A stretch of DNA of 64,000 bases, from assembly GCA_951406725.2 (NCBI GenBank), contig OX597831.1, positions 72,044,001 to 72,108,000 of the forward strand, written 5' to 3'. The stretch is from Octopus vulgaris. Taxonomy: Eukaryota. Each line of letters begins with the position of its first letter. The stretch's first letter is position 1. Below the pieces are notes generated by a model. The model ran no database searches and was not told the origin of the DNA. It saw only the letters and a program-made list of their open reading frames with translations. Positions 14,540 through 26,609 of this stretch are shown here, piece by piece. Made by a program: the position numbers and the translations under genes.

Positions 14540-14889
14540 CCTTCGGCATACGTATCATATGTATACATTCATACACACGTATACGCGTTTGCGCAAACAC
14601 TCAGTCCTGCATTCAAATATGGCAAACACTTCTTTCTAGGGTGTGTTAGAACATTTCACATTTCGGAAGTTTATAATACCGAAACCTGTGTTTACCTTAT
14701 AAAAACTGGGTATCTTGGTTTTGAAGTAGATTCAATCTAATCTTTCATGAATTGCTGTTTAAAATAAAACGATGCCAAGTGAAGGGAACGCAAGGATGGA
14801 AGTAATGAAGCCATGTGTATGAGGGAGTGATTGGGTGGAGTGGGACGGAGAAATGACGAAGATGCAAGATAATGGGTATATAAAAAGGG

Positions 14890-15915
14890 GAAGAGATAGG
14901 GGTTTCAAATGTTGGCACAAGGCCATTAAATTTAGCGGGTGTGGGGTGGATAAGTCGACTGCATAAACACAAGTGCTCAACCGATACTTAATTTTATGGA
15001 CCAGGAAGGACGAAAAGCAAACGGGACCTCGGCGGAATTTGAACTCGCAACGTAAAGCGCTAATAATGTTTTTGTTTTTTTTACCAACGTGCTAACAGTT
15101 TTGCCAGCTTGCCGTCTTTGATAAATGATTTCAATTTTTGGCACAAATCCAGCAATTTTGGAGTTGGGTGGGGTGGGGTGGGGTGGGGTGGGCTGAGGGA
15201 GAAGCTATATCGATTAGATCGGCCTCAGTGCTTAACTGGTACTTATTTTATCGACCGCGAAATGATGGAAGGCAAACTCGACCTCGATAGAATTTGAACA
15301 CAGAATGTCAAGAAGAATTGCTGCTAATAATTTAATCCGGCTCTCTGACGGTTCTGGTATTTCGCCACCTTCGTAATAATGAAAATTCTTTCTGCTATAA
15401 GCTCAAGGCCTGAAATGTTGGAGGAGTGGTTAAGTCGATTACATCAACCCCCAATGCCCTGCTGGCACCAGTTTTATCGAACTCGAAAGGATGAAGAAAC
15501 AGCCTCAACTTCTGGGAGATCTGAGCTCAGAACGTAGAGTGCCGGAAGAAATGTCACTAAGCATTTTGTTTGACCTTGATGTAATCTCCAGGGATACAGG
15601 CATCCAGGACCTCCATTGTCTCGACCACAGTCGAACAATGATGATGATGATGATGATTGTTTGACACGCTAACCGTTCTATCTGCTCGTCACCTTAATAA
15701 CCCTTTCTGCTGTAGGCACAATGTTTGAAATTTGAGGATGGGGGTTAATCGAGATTACATCGACCCCATTGCTCGACTGGTACTTATTTTATCGGCTCCG
15801 AAAGGATGAAAAAACAAAGTCGACCTCGGCGGAATTTGAACTCAGAACGTAAAGACGGACTAAAGGTCGCGAAGCATTTTATCCAGTGTGCTAACGATTC
15901 TGCCAACTCGCTGTC
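14890..15915 (-). mobile_element. Cluster of ~4 old SINE A-related copies, all on the minus strand
   Basis: Repeated GGCACAAGGCC...ACTGGTACTTATTTTATCGAC...GGATGAAAGGCAAAGTCGACCTCGGCGGAATTTGAACTC variants. Confidence 0.8.
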
Positions 15916-16158
15916 TTAAGAAAGGCAGAAAGAAAAGACAATAAATCTAATGATTCTTTGCACCGGCACAAGACCACACACGTTGATGCTGTCGTTATTG
16001 TTGTGGTTGTTGTTGTTGATGTTAGTGATAGTAGTGGCGGCGGTGCGGCGGCGGCGGCGATGATGGAGGTCACCATCAACAGTGTTGATTTTGCTGCATT
16101 TGTCGTCGTCATCGTCGTGTTATCCCAGGACGCCGTGATATTATTCCAGTTACATGTA

Positions 16159-16410
16159 CTGGGTTGTCCGGAAAGTTCGTGCCGATTTTTAAAGGAAGGA
16201 AAAAGGTCAATAAATACTTGCCATTACATTTTTAATCAACCAAACATGAACCATTTTGTTGCACAATGCATCTCCATCTTTCCTTTAACTTGAAAATACC
16301 GTTTTCCTAGAATTGAGGTGGTTTCATGGCAAAGAATTCATCAACCATGTTCTAAAATAAGTCGAAAGGTAAGCTACTATAAATCGGCACGAACTTTCCG
16401 GACAACCCAA
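16159..16410. mobile_element. mariner-derived MITE
   Basis: TIRs CTGGGTTGTCCGGAAAGTTCGTGCCGATTT / AAATCGGCACGAACTTTCCGGACAACCCAA with TA on both sides. The internal minus strand reads GIFKLKERWRCIVQQNG (mariner C-terminus). Confidence 0.92.
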
Positions 16411-16499
16411 TACATAGCTCCAGAACTTGTTTTTAAAATTGCTGAATATACCGGATAAGTTCAGCCCTTGACAGACAAGAGAATCATAGCGGAAATACC

Positions 16500-16901
16500 T
16501 ATTTCTTTACTACCCACAAGGGGCTAAACACAGAAAGGACAAACAAGGACAGACAAACGGATTAAGTTGATTATATCGACCCCAGTGCGTAACTGGTACT
16601 TAATTTATCGACCCCGAAAGGATGAAAGGCAAAGTCGACCTCGGCGGAATTTGAACTCAGAACGTATTAGACAGACGAAATACCTATTTCTTTACTACCC
16701 ACAAGGGGCTAAACACAGAAAGGACAAACGGATTAAGTCGATTATATCGACCCCAGTGCGTAACTGGTACTTAATTTATCGACCCCGAAAGGATGAAAGG
16801 CAGAGCCAACATCGGCGGAATTTGAACTCGGAACGCAGCGGCAGACGAAATACTGCTAAGCATTTCGCCCGGCGTGCTAACATTTCTGCCAGCTCGCCGC
16901 C
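16500..16901 (-). mobile_element. Tandem (dimeric or self-nested) SINE A
   Basis: Two head-to-tail bodies joined at AGACGAAATACC|TATTTCTTT (~16684). Outer TSD TCATAGCGGAAATACC at 16484-16499 and 16908-16923. Confidence 0.9.
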
Positions 16902-18206
16902 GGTATTTCATAGCGGAAATACCGCGTCACCCAGACAGTTAACGCAGATACAGACGAGGAAACGAAACATTAGTTAAAAGGATATTTTGTAGATGATGGA
17001 ATTAGTTTACTCAAATGCAATATATACACCATGCTTTACATTACCCTTGTGTCCTGAACTTCTGATAAAATTTTCAACGGCGGTGCATCAGCATGGCCGC
17101 AGATCTGAGCTGAAACTCGAGAGAAAACAACCGTGATCTCGCAAGAACTCACAGCAAAGAAAGTGGAGATGAATACCAGTATAGTGATTTTATTCGACGA
17201 TCTAACGCCTCTGCCAGTTCGCCGTCTTGTTGTAACTTGCTGGTACGTTTGTTGAGGAACGGAATTCAGAATCGTACGCTCTGTTTTTGAACTTAATACT
17301 ATTACTACTACGGCTCCTACTCTTTCTACTAACGCTACTGCTATTTCATGGTATTTTAGAGTAATAGATATAATAATGCCATTATTATCCACCGAGTTTA
17401 ATGGCATACCACATCGTTTATACGTACAAAACCATAAAACATAAAAATTTCGAAAGGCGTGTGGGATAGGACAAGTTATATAAAAACAGAGGTGCGTAAA
17501 AGGCCTTATACAATAAACGTGAGAACAGGTTTTAAAATTTATAGAAAAAACATACAAGTAATTGTATAGAATAATCTAAAAGATTATAATAAAATACATA
17601 AAAAATGAAAGCAAGGTTTAATTTCAAAGGAGGCAAACTGCCTACACATAAGGCAGGAAGCTCGACCTACGTTGGTCAGGGTACGCCACGTCCTAATTAC
17701 GAAAGCTCTCATAACCTCTGCATATAATGTTCGTCACTGGAAAGGCTTGAGCCTTCCACGTGGAGCGTTTGTGTCAAGGTGAGCAAGTACGGGTCGGTGG
17801 CTGGTTGTCGTAAAATTTCATAAAGGTTACGAAACTCCTTAAACCATTAACCAGTCTTTTTGTGGTTCGCGTAATCCGATCCGTTTTGGTCGGTCCTGCG
17901 AAGGAATGTACAATTTAAATCTAAATGGTAAGCGTTTTCTCAGCACAGGAGACAGATTTCTTCTTACCAGAGAAGAGGATTTCTTCATGCATGACATTCA
18001 AGAATGCGTCCATATCAACATTTTTCTAATTGTCTTTTATTTAATTGAGTTTTATTTTTAACAAAGGTCTGTCGGTACCCCCAACACCGGGGTGGACGGA
18101 CTTGTAATGCTCATAGACATTTTGTGTCATCATCTTCTAGATATTGTTGTTGCAGCTGTGGATCACTCTTTTTATCTCCTCCTTGTAACCACGGTTTGTG
18201 GCTGGA

Positions 18207-18242
<36 letters not shown>

Positions 18243-18373
18243 TCTCTTGGGCCCCTGGCTGATTCTTGGAAGTGAGGACGAGGCGATTTTCTTCGACGTT
18301 TTTAAAATCATATTTGGTTGTTCCGTTTAGGGGAGCTTCCTCCAAGTAATGCTAGTATTATTTCTGTTGTTTA

Positions 18374-18560
18374 AGGCGGCGAACTGGTAGAATCGTTAAC
18401 GGGCTTGACAAAATATTTGGTGGTATTTCTTCTGGTTTTACGCTCTGAGTTCAAATTCCACCGAGATCGAATTTGCCTTTCATCCATTCGGGGTCAATAA
18501 AATAAGTATCAGTGGAGCACTTAGGCCGATGTAATCGACTTATGCCTCCTCCAGAATTTG
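18374..18560 (+). mobile_element. Diverged SINE A
   Basis: AGGCGGCGAACTGGTAGAATCGTTA...GAGTTCAAATTCC...TTTGCCTTTCATCC. Confidence 0.8.
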
Positions 18561-18564
18561 ACAG

Positions 18565-20705
18565 TGGTAGGGGGCGACAACAACAGGTGGTGGGCGGCTT
18601 CCAAAAGAGAGATCAGAGTAATATAGATAGGGTTTAGCAACGAAATAGCGTTAGAAAACATAGAAAGGAGGAGGAGTTAGTAGCTAAATTAGACGAGGCT
18701 ATTTGTAGAGGCATTGCAACCGACGTGCCAGCAGCGAGAATGGCATTAGACCAATTCTTCAATGCGAAACATAAAGGTTGCATTGTCAGAGCTTAGGCGC
18801 GTGGTCTAAGAAATGAGGGGATCAAAGCTGTTCGATGGGCCCGAGTGACGGAGGCGCAGCGTAGTAACAAAACAACAATTCGGTCTTTGATGGACCGAGA
18901 CGGACATGAGCTGAGCGACTCCAGACAGTTGTATGACGCCTTTCGTCACCACTTTGTTCGGTTGTTCGGCGTGAGCGGCGGGGCGGAAATGGTGGCAGAC
19001 TTTAGTCCATACGTCGACGGATTACCGCATCTCTCGACGGCCGACGCTGAGGGCTGTGAAAGGCAGGTAACTTCACCGAAATTCAAGATGCCCTTGTCAG
19101 CTGCACGAAGCGCAAGTAACCCGGTTGAGATGGTCTGCCCTATGAGCTTTACGTAAATATGCCAGACGTATTCTCCGATCTTCTCAAAGCGCTCTACTGC
19201 AACTGGCAGCAGAATAGGAGTATTCCCAGTTCTGTGAGCCGGGGAGTAGTGACACTGATAATGAAAGACGAAAACAAGAGGGACAAATTAAATAACTTCA
19301 GGTTCATAATTCTGCTTAAGTCAAAGTTTAAGATTTTGGCCAAGGTATTAGCGAAGAGATTAGCGCTTCTCATCGAGGATTTGGTTGGAGAGGTGAAAAC
19401 CTGCGCAATCCCGACTAGGTCCATACACGACAACCTCTACCTCATGCGATACATCATTAAAAGCGTAAGGTGTAAACCTGGTTTCGGTGAGGCGCTAAAT
19501 CAATTTTGATCAATCGAAAGCATTCGATAGGGTCGACCATCGATATCTAGAGGCTGTTCACAACGCGGCTGGCTTCGACCTCGTCTTCAGAGGTTGGATC
19601 TCTGCTCGGTGGTCAAAGTTAATGGCCACCTCTCGGAACCGTTTCAGATCTCCCGATTGGTCCGTCAAGACTGCCCTCTCTCCTCCCTTCTGTACGTATT
19701 GACTCTTGAGCCTTTACTGCGGAAGCTGGGGCTGCTATAGGACATCCCGCTCGAGCCGGGACGCAGAAGGGTTGTGTCAAATTATGCGGACGACATACCG
19801 TGATTGGTGTCGGACACCTCAGAAATCAAGGTGGTCGGTACATCATTGGACCAATATGCAAAGTTGACAGGAGCAAAACTTAACCCGGAAAAGTCGGTAG
19901 GCTTGCAACTCGGCACCTGGAGAGGCAAGTACATGCTGTCCAACAGCGTCGTTGGTCGCTGGACGGACCGGGAAATTTGCTTGGGGTTTAGTTCGGACCA
20001 GACCTCCAGGTGGATAAGAATTATGACGAGGTGACGTGTAGGGTAGCCAGCCTCACCCAGAAATGGGCTATGGGGAATATGTCACTGAAAAATCGGGCGG
20101 AGGTGGTGAATGCCAGTGTCTTTGCATTACTGACTTGTCGAGTTATGTTGAACAGCTGCTTTCACATGTTGGACGGATCCGGCTATTGGCCGAGTCCATA
20201 GTGAAGATCGATCCACTGCTTTCCATTGGTCTGATAGCAATAGCGAAAGAGATTGTATTGTGGACCAGTTTGAAAAGACTGAAGACAGACACTTTTCTCT
20301 TCGGGCAATCCCTCATCAACTTTTTCAAATTTCACTTAGAAAGGAAGATAAGGGTAGAGAAAGAAGTGCTGCTTCCCGGAACATTTGCTAAAAGGTGGGT
20401 GAATATAGCGAAAATGTGAGTGGACCTACTCTAATAATGCGACTGTAGGCTAGTGAATTTGAGAGGGAGAGGAGTGCCCTTCCCGGATGCCTTCGAAGCG
20501 TCGAGTGGTCCAGGATTGGTGGGGTGCATAAGCCAACCCCAGGTGGTTACCCCCCTATTGGGAAACTTTCATTGTTATATTCTTTTTGTTTGATATTATT
20601 GTTACTGCTTTTAATTGCGTACTCGTTGTTTTGTGTAAAATCCCCACTGTCTACGTCTACTGCATTGTCCCCTATATGTCGGCCCTGGTGGCCAATAAAT
20701 GCAAT
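18565..20705 (+). mobile_element. 5'-truncated Tx1/L1-clade LINE (ORF2 remnant)
   Basis: DGLPYELY, RGVVTLIMK, KILAKVLAKRL, RSIHDNL, DQSKAFDRVDH, VRQDCPLSSLLYVL, YADDI motifs across frameshifts. Ends with AATAAA at ~20694. Confidence 0.9.
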
Positions 20706-20754
20706 AATAATAATTGTTACTATTATCATTTAAAACAGATACATGGAAAATAAA

Positions 20755-20940
20755 GTCTGAAGACGAGGCCGAAGCCAGCCTCTTTGAGGACAGCCTCTAG
20801 ATATCGATGATCGACCCCATCGAATGCTTTCGATTGATCTAAATTGATTAGCGCCCCACCGAAGCCAGGTTTACACCCTACGCTTCCTATGATGCATCGC
20901 ATGAGATGAATGTTGTCGGGATTGTGCAGATTTGCACCTA
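20755..20940 (-). mobile_element. Inverted fragment of the same Tx1-like family
   Basis: Diverged reverse complement of ~19410-19590 (GATCAATCGAAAGCATTCGAT...CATCGATATCTAGAGGCTG). Confidence 0.8.
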
Positions 20941-21019
20941 CACTGTGTTACGAAGAAATAATAATAATGAAAATAATGATAATAATTATTATTATCATTT
21001 AAAACAGATACATGGAAAA

Positions 21020-21960
21020 TAGAGTCGATTAAAGGTATGACATGGAAATTGTTTCTCAACCCCGAAAAGAATAAAAAGTAAAGTCGACCATGGTAGAATT
21101 CGAGCTCAGAACACTATGAGCCGGAAAAATTTATGCATCCAAAAAATGTCTAGGTAGTGAAAATAATAACATTAATAATAATTCTTTCGTAGATAGACAT
21201 GAGGCCTGGAATTTCGGGGAAGAGGACTAGTCTGTTACATCTACCCCAGTGCACAACCGATATTTGTTCTATCGAGACCGAAAGTCGAAGTCGACCTCAA
21301 AGAAATTTGAACTCAGAACGTAAAGATGGACGAAATGCCGCTCAGCATTTTGCCCGGCGTGCTAAGAAATCTTCCAGCTCGCCGCCTTGGTAGCAAGTTC
21401 TAATTTATTGCACAACGTCAGGAGTTTTGAAGAGAGGGAATTAGTCGACTGAATCAGCCTCATTACTCCATTGGTACTCTATTTTTATCGACTCCGGAGG
21501 GATAAAATGCAATGTTGACCTGAGCGGAATTTGAACTCAGGACATAAAGAGCAGAAAGAAACACCGTAAGACATTCTATATGATATTTCAACGACTCGGC
21601 CAATTAAGAAGTACAAAGCCATATTTTTCTTTTTTTGTGAAAGTCACCCCTTGAAATTTTGACTGGTACTTTACTTTATCAACTTCGGAAGGAAAAGCAG
21701 ATCGTTGACTTCGACGAGATTTGAACTCAGAAGGCAAAGAGCTGGAGGTAAAAAAAGACAAATCATTACAGCTTGTCTGGCAATGTAACCAATCCGCCAA
21801 AGGCGGATTAAAGAACACAAACTTCTCAGAAGGAAATGGTCTACTAAACTAATTTTAGCATATTACTGGTACTTATCAACTGTTGATAGATGAAAGACAA
21901 AGTTACCCTCGGTGGGATTTCAGCTCAGAATGTAAAGGGACGTAAATGAATACCAAAAGG
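21020..21960 (-). mobile_element. Cluster of 4-5 degenerate SINE A-related copies, minus strand
   Basis: Repeated AAAGTCGACC...GAATTTGAACTCAGAAC motifs. Confidence 0.75.
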
Positions 21961-22139
21961 CATATAATAACAATAATTATTCAGACATAAGCACAAAGCG
22001 ACAAGTCTTTAGGGAAAGAGTTTTAGTCAATTTGAATCGACCAGAACGCTTAGTCTTGTGTAGCCCAGAAGATTGAAAGGCAAAGATGAAGCCGTAGAGA
22101 TTTGAAATTTGAACCAATAGGGGATGTAATAAAACACGG

Positions 22140-22149
22140 GATGATGATG

Positions 22150-22219
<70 letters not shown>

Positions 22220-22530
22220 TAATAATAATGATGATAATAATAATAAGAAGAAGAAGAAGGAGGAGGAGGAGGAGAAGAAGAAGAAGAAGAAGAAGAAGAA
22301 GAAGAAGAAGGAGAAGAAGAAGAAGAAGAAGAAGAAGAAGAAGATCAAGAAGAAGAAGAAGAAGAAGAAAAAGAAGAAGAAGAAGAAGAAGAAGAAGGAG
22401 AAGAAGAAGAAGAAGAAGAAGAAGAAGAAGAAGAAGAAGAAGAAGAAGAAGAAGAAGAAAAAGAAGAAGAAGAAGAAAAAGAAGAAGAAGAAGAAAACAA
22501 CAACAACAACAACGACAGCAGCAGCAGCAG
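22140..22530. repeat. Compound microsatellite (ATG)(AAT)(AAG)(CAA)(CAG)
   Basis: Direct inspection. Confidence 0.95.
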
Positions 22531-22679
22531 CAATATTGCATGATAACGAGGTGATAGAAGCTAACCTTATCCCCAAAAGAGGATCCCTTTTTTTTTTTTC
22601 AGACTCGTTCCTTATTCCTGCTATTCGTCTCTCTCGATGACTTCATTAATAAATTTACTGAATCAAAACCACCAAAGAT

Positions 22680-23130
22680 ACTTTGTGCAAATTATAGACT
22701 TTTATATGGATGATTTAAAACTATACACAAAATACTTTGGATTCAAAGAATGAGAACGGAACCACCCAAACAAGTATTTAGTAGTAGATTAAGCCGATAA
22801 GATATAACAGAGAGAGAGAGAGAGATGAAGAAGAAGAGAATTAGAATAAAAAGTACTGCAGAAGAAGCAGCCTAATATTAAGTGCCAAATTCAATTCCCT
22901 AGATAAGATAGAAGGTAAAAATACACCCGACGACCTATAATGAATATAATGAATTGGAGCTTTAGTGAACCGAGGAGCCGAGATAAGAAAATGAGTAAAT
23001 TACGGCATTCCGGACCTAAAGCTGATATAGATAGGATATGTGCTGTACCAGATACACAGGTGGGTTGAAGCTTAATAAGAGTACAGAACTATAATATAGT
23101 AACTAGAGTGGGTCTAGAAAATACTTGTTC
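22680..23130 (+). mobile_element. Highly degraded R4/Dong-like LINE fragment
   Basis: LLYMDDLKLY at ~22700 and KADIDR at ~23020, the latter region paralleling the 26610-28335 element. Confidence 0.6.
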
Positions 23131-23293
23131 TATCGAAACGCAAACACAAGCAAAAATGTTCCCGATGTGTTAATACGAGGGCGTGCAGAAAAGTTTCTCA
23201 CTTTAAGGATATCGTGAAAGGCCTGAGTTCTTTTACAGAGCTTAGAAGAATTGAAAGACCGCTTCAATAAGTGTGTGAATCGGAGAGGGAAAT

Positions 23294-23993
23294 ATCTATT
23301 ATATAAAATCCGTTCTGTCTGTCTTTGTGTATGTCTTCTAGGATCTCGGGCATCCTCCATCCGATTGCGCTCAAATTTGATATGTAGATACCGACGGTAT
23401 CGCCGTTACGTTCTGAGTTCAAATTCCGCCGAAGTCGACTTTGCCTTTAATCCTTTCGGGGTCGATACATTAAGTACCTGTTACGCACTGGGGTCGATAT
23501 AATCGACTTAATCCGTTTGTCTGTCCTTGTTTGTCCCCTCTGTGTTTAGCCCCTTATGGGCAGTAAAGAAATAGGTATCAGGGCGTGTATAAGTCTTGAA
23601 AAAAATTGAGAATGCGATCGATAAAGCCGTTTTTGTCCTGCTTTTCTTCCGTCAACCTGTACGTAATTGCACCTTCCATTTTTTGTTGTTTTTGTACTGT
23701 TTAAAGGCACGTTTCTTTCCTGCCAAGCTTACTGTTTAAACCATGTTTGTGTTCTCCCAGTCAACAGCTTTATCATTACTGGTACTTTAAACTCTTCAGT
23801 TGCATATTTGTGTGAATAAAATCGTTTTTCTTTGGAATAGAAAAAAAAATCTGTATTTCTTCTTTTGCTGGTGTTAAATCAGTGTTTCTCAAAGGGGAGG
23901 CCTATGGGACGGTCGGACAAGTTGTTTTGAGAACATTTGGTTTAAATGTTTGACAACTCAGCACCGTCCATTGGACGGGGGCGTTTTGCTCGT
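23294..23993 (+). mobile_element. Non-autonomous Helitron-like element nested in the MITE
   Basis: 5' A|TCTATTATATAAAATCCGTTCTGTCTGTC. 3' hairpin CCGTCCATTGGACGG followed by CTCG|T. Confidence 0.6.
23401..23573 (+). mobile_element. 5'-truncated SINE A nested in the Helitron-like element
   Basis: Body match. GGTATC on both flanks (23396, 23574). Confidence 0.88.
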
Positions 23994-24084
23994 TAAATAA
24001 AATCATAGTTAACTGATCCTCCTGTATTATCTTTTACCCAGAACCAGGAACTTTTCAGCACCCTCTTGTTTATGGCAGCAACAA

Positions 24085-24530
24085 GACGATGAGGTGACAG
24101 AATCGTTAACGTGCCGGAAAAAATGCTTAGCGGTATTTCGTCCGTCTTTACATTCCAAGGTAGACTTTACCTTTCATCCTTTCGGGCTCGGCTCGATAAA
24201 ATAAGTACCTATTTCTTTATTACTCACAGGGAGCTAAACACAGAGGGGACAAACAAGGATAGACATAGGTATTAAGTCGATTACATCGACCCCAGTGCGT
24301 AACTGGTACTTAAGTTATCGACCCCGAAAGGATGAAAGGCAAAGTCGACCTCGGCGGAATTTGAACTCACAACGCAACGCAGACGAAATACCGCTAAGCA
24401 TTTCGCCCGGCGTGCTAACATTTCTGCCAGCTCGCCGCCTCGATAAAATAAGTACCAGTTGAGTACTGGGGTCGATCTAATCGACTTATCTCGCCCCCTA
24501 ACTTGCTGACTTTGTGCCAAAATTTGAAAT
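24085..24530. mobile_element. Old plus-strand SINE A interrupted by a younger minus-strand SINE A (24210-24440)
   Basis: TSD CTCGATAAAATAAGTACC at 24192-24209 and 24439-24456. Confidence 0.88.
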
Positions 24531-24773
24531 CAGTATTTGACAACAATAAAGACCAACCATAGAAGCTATGGAAAATAAGATTAAATACAAACAAAACAAG
24601 GGAAAAAATATTTTACAAAGACCAACGTCAAAGTTAAACTTCAAAAATACTAAAGAAAAAATGGAAAAAAAACCTGTCTTTGAGTAGAGTCCTACAAGAC
24701 TCGACAAAGAAAAGATGAGTTTAAAAGGCTTGCCATCGTACACACATCCATTTTAAGTATATATACAGATTAC

Positions 24774-24774
<1 letters not shown>

Positions 24775-24821
<47 letters not shown>

Positions 24822-24890
24822 GGAGGAGGAGGAGGAGGAGGAGGAGGAGGAGGAGGAGGAGGAGGAGGAGGAGGAGGAGGAGGAGGAGGA
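24775..24890. repeat. (GAT)n(GAG)n microsatellite
   Basis: Direct inspection. Confidence 0.95.
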
Positions 24891-26119
24891 GCCTGAAATT
24901 ACAGCATCGTTTCAGACTGAATAACAACGTGAGATAGGGAAAACAGATCTCACTGTAAAAGCTGGAATAAATCCGATAATATCACCAAAATCTAAACACA
25001 ATTCACAAAAATATATAAATAAATAAATAAAATAAAAATAAAATGAATAATAACTGAAGGAAGTTGTTATAAGGATCTCAGTAAGTACAACTGACGCTTA
25101 TTTTATGTATAACATGTGATTATTGCATAGAAAATATATCATTAAAATGAAATACATGTGTGTAAATAAGGTCAACATCACGAGGGACCAACAAAACATA
25201 GCAAAAGGAATTTTGGGACACAAAGGAAACCAAAAAGAAAGCAAAAAAAAAATAAAGAAAAATCTCTGAAAATACAATTGATACTTATATGTGATTATTA
25301 CGTATAAAATGTTCCACTTTATTGAGTTCCGATCACGTGGTTTCGAAGATTCAATATCCTGCCCCTTGGACAAGCGTCTTCTATTATAGCTCCTGGCCGA
25401 CCAAACCCTTGTAAGTGGATTTGGTAAATGGAAACTGAACGTAGGACGTCACATGTGTATGTGCGTGTGTGCATGTGTGTGTGCGTGTGTGTGAGTGTGT
25501 GTGTGTGTATGTAGGAAAAATCATCTTGTGGCATGCAAGAATGGAAATTATTCTGGATCGACGTTCACAACTATGATTTCGTTCAGAGGGATCTGATACT
25601 ATGGTAATTACGTTGACTTCATAGGCGACGACTGCAAATTTCTCCCTTTCTTATCTTAAGTGAAGTACACTTAATAACACTCGAATTTTGTAAAAGAGGC
25701 TCAAGTGCTTACATGTACAGAAGTAGCATGAGTGAGACCATAACGTCGACTGGTTCCTTCTACCAGTGACCGTTAACTTAAACAACTGAACAGATATTGT
25801 TATTCGATGCCTTAACACTTAGCTGAAACTGATTACCTGCGGCACAGCCTCAACATACTGGCGGTTTGCCCTGTCAATTTCTTTCAGTTGATCCAAACTG
25901 ACTACAGCGAAACCAAAACCAGATTGTGTCCTTTTCCTCTCTACTCTGTTTATCATTAGATGGATGTTGTCGTCATCTCCTTACTCATCAGTTCCATGAG
26001 CGTGAAATTGATTACGTTACTTTCTCTTCGTTCTTTCTCAACATGTATACCTAAGTATCCACGCTCGCACATACAGGCATATCACACAAATATTTGATAA
26101 AGGTAACAACGACAGTAAT

Positions 26120-26550
26120 AATCCTTTATGATATTGACACAAGGCCCGAAATTTGGGAGATGGGCAGTAGTGGATTACGTCGACCCCAGAGTTCAACTGG
26201 TACTTATTGCATCAACCCCGAAAGAATGAAAATCAAAGTTGACATCGGTAGGATTGAACTCATAACATAAAGATCCGGAAGAAATTTCGCAAAGGATTTT
26301 GCATGTCGCACTAACGATTTTCCCAGTTCGCTGGCTTAATAATGGTTTCAGATATTCGCACCAGGCCAGCAATTTCGGGGGAGCGGTTAGTCTATTATAT
26401 CGGTCGCAGTGTTTAACTGATACTTATCGACCGGGAAAGGATGAAAGGAAAAGTCGACCTCGGTGGACTTTTAACTCAGAACGAAAAGCCGAAGGAAATA
26501 CCGCAAACCATTTTGTCCGGTGCGCTTGTGGTCCTGCAAGCTTGCCACCA
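26120..26550 (-). mobile_element. Two degenerate SINE A-related copies
   Basis: CACAAGGCCCGAAATTTG...ACTGGTACTTA...GAATGAAA motifs occur twice. Confidence 0.7.
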
Positions 26551-26609
26551 TCCTGATGATAATGATGACGATGATGATAATGATGGTGGGGGTGGGGGTG
26601 ATGATGGTA

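Larger units (their letters stand above)
23174..24068. mobile_element. mariner-derived MITE split by nested insertions
   Basis: Ends TACGAGGGCGTGCAGAAAAGTT / AACTTTTCAGCACCCTCT. Internal LKDRFNKCVNRRGKY resembles a mariner C-terminus. Confidence 0.7.

Noticed and set aside
17600-18110. Possible LINE ORF1 remnant (minus strand FYDNQPPT)
   Set aside because: Only one short motif-like word, with stops nearby.
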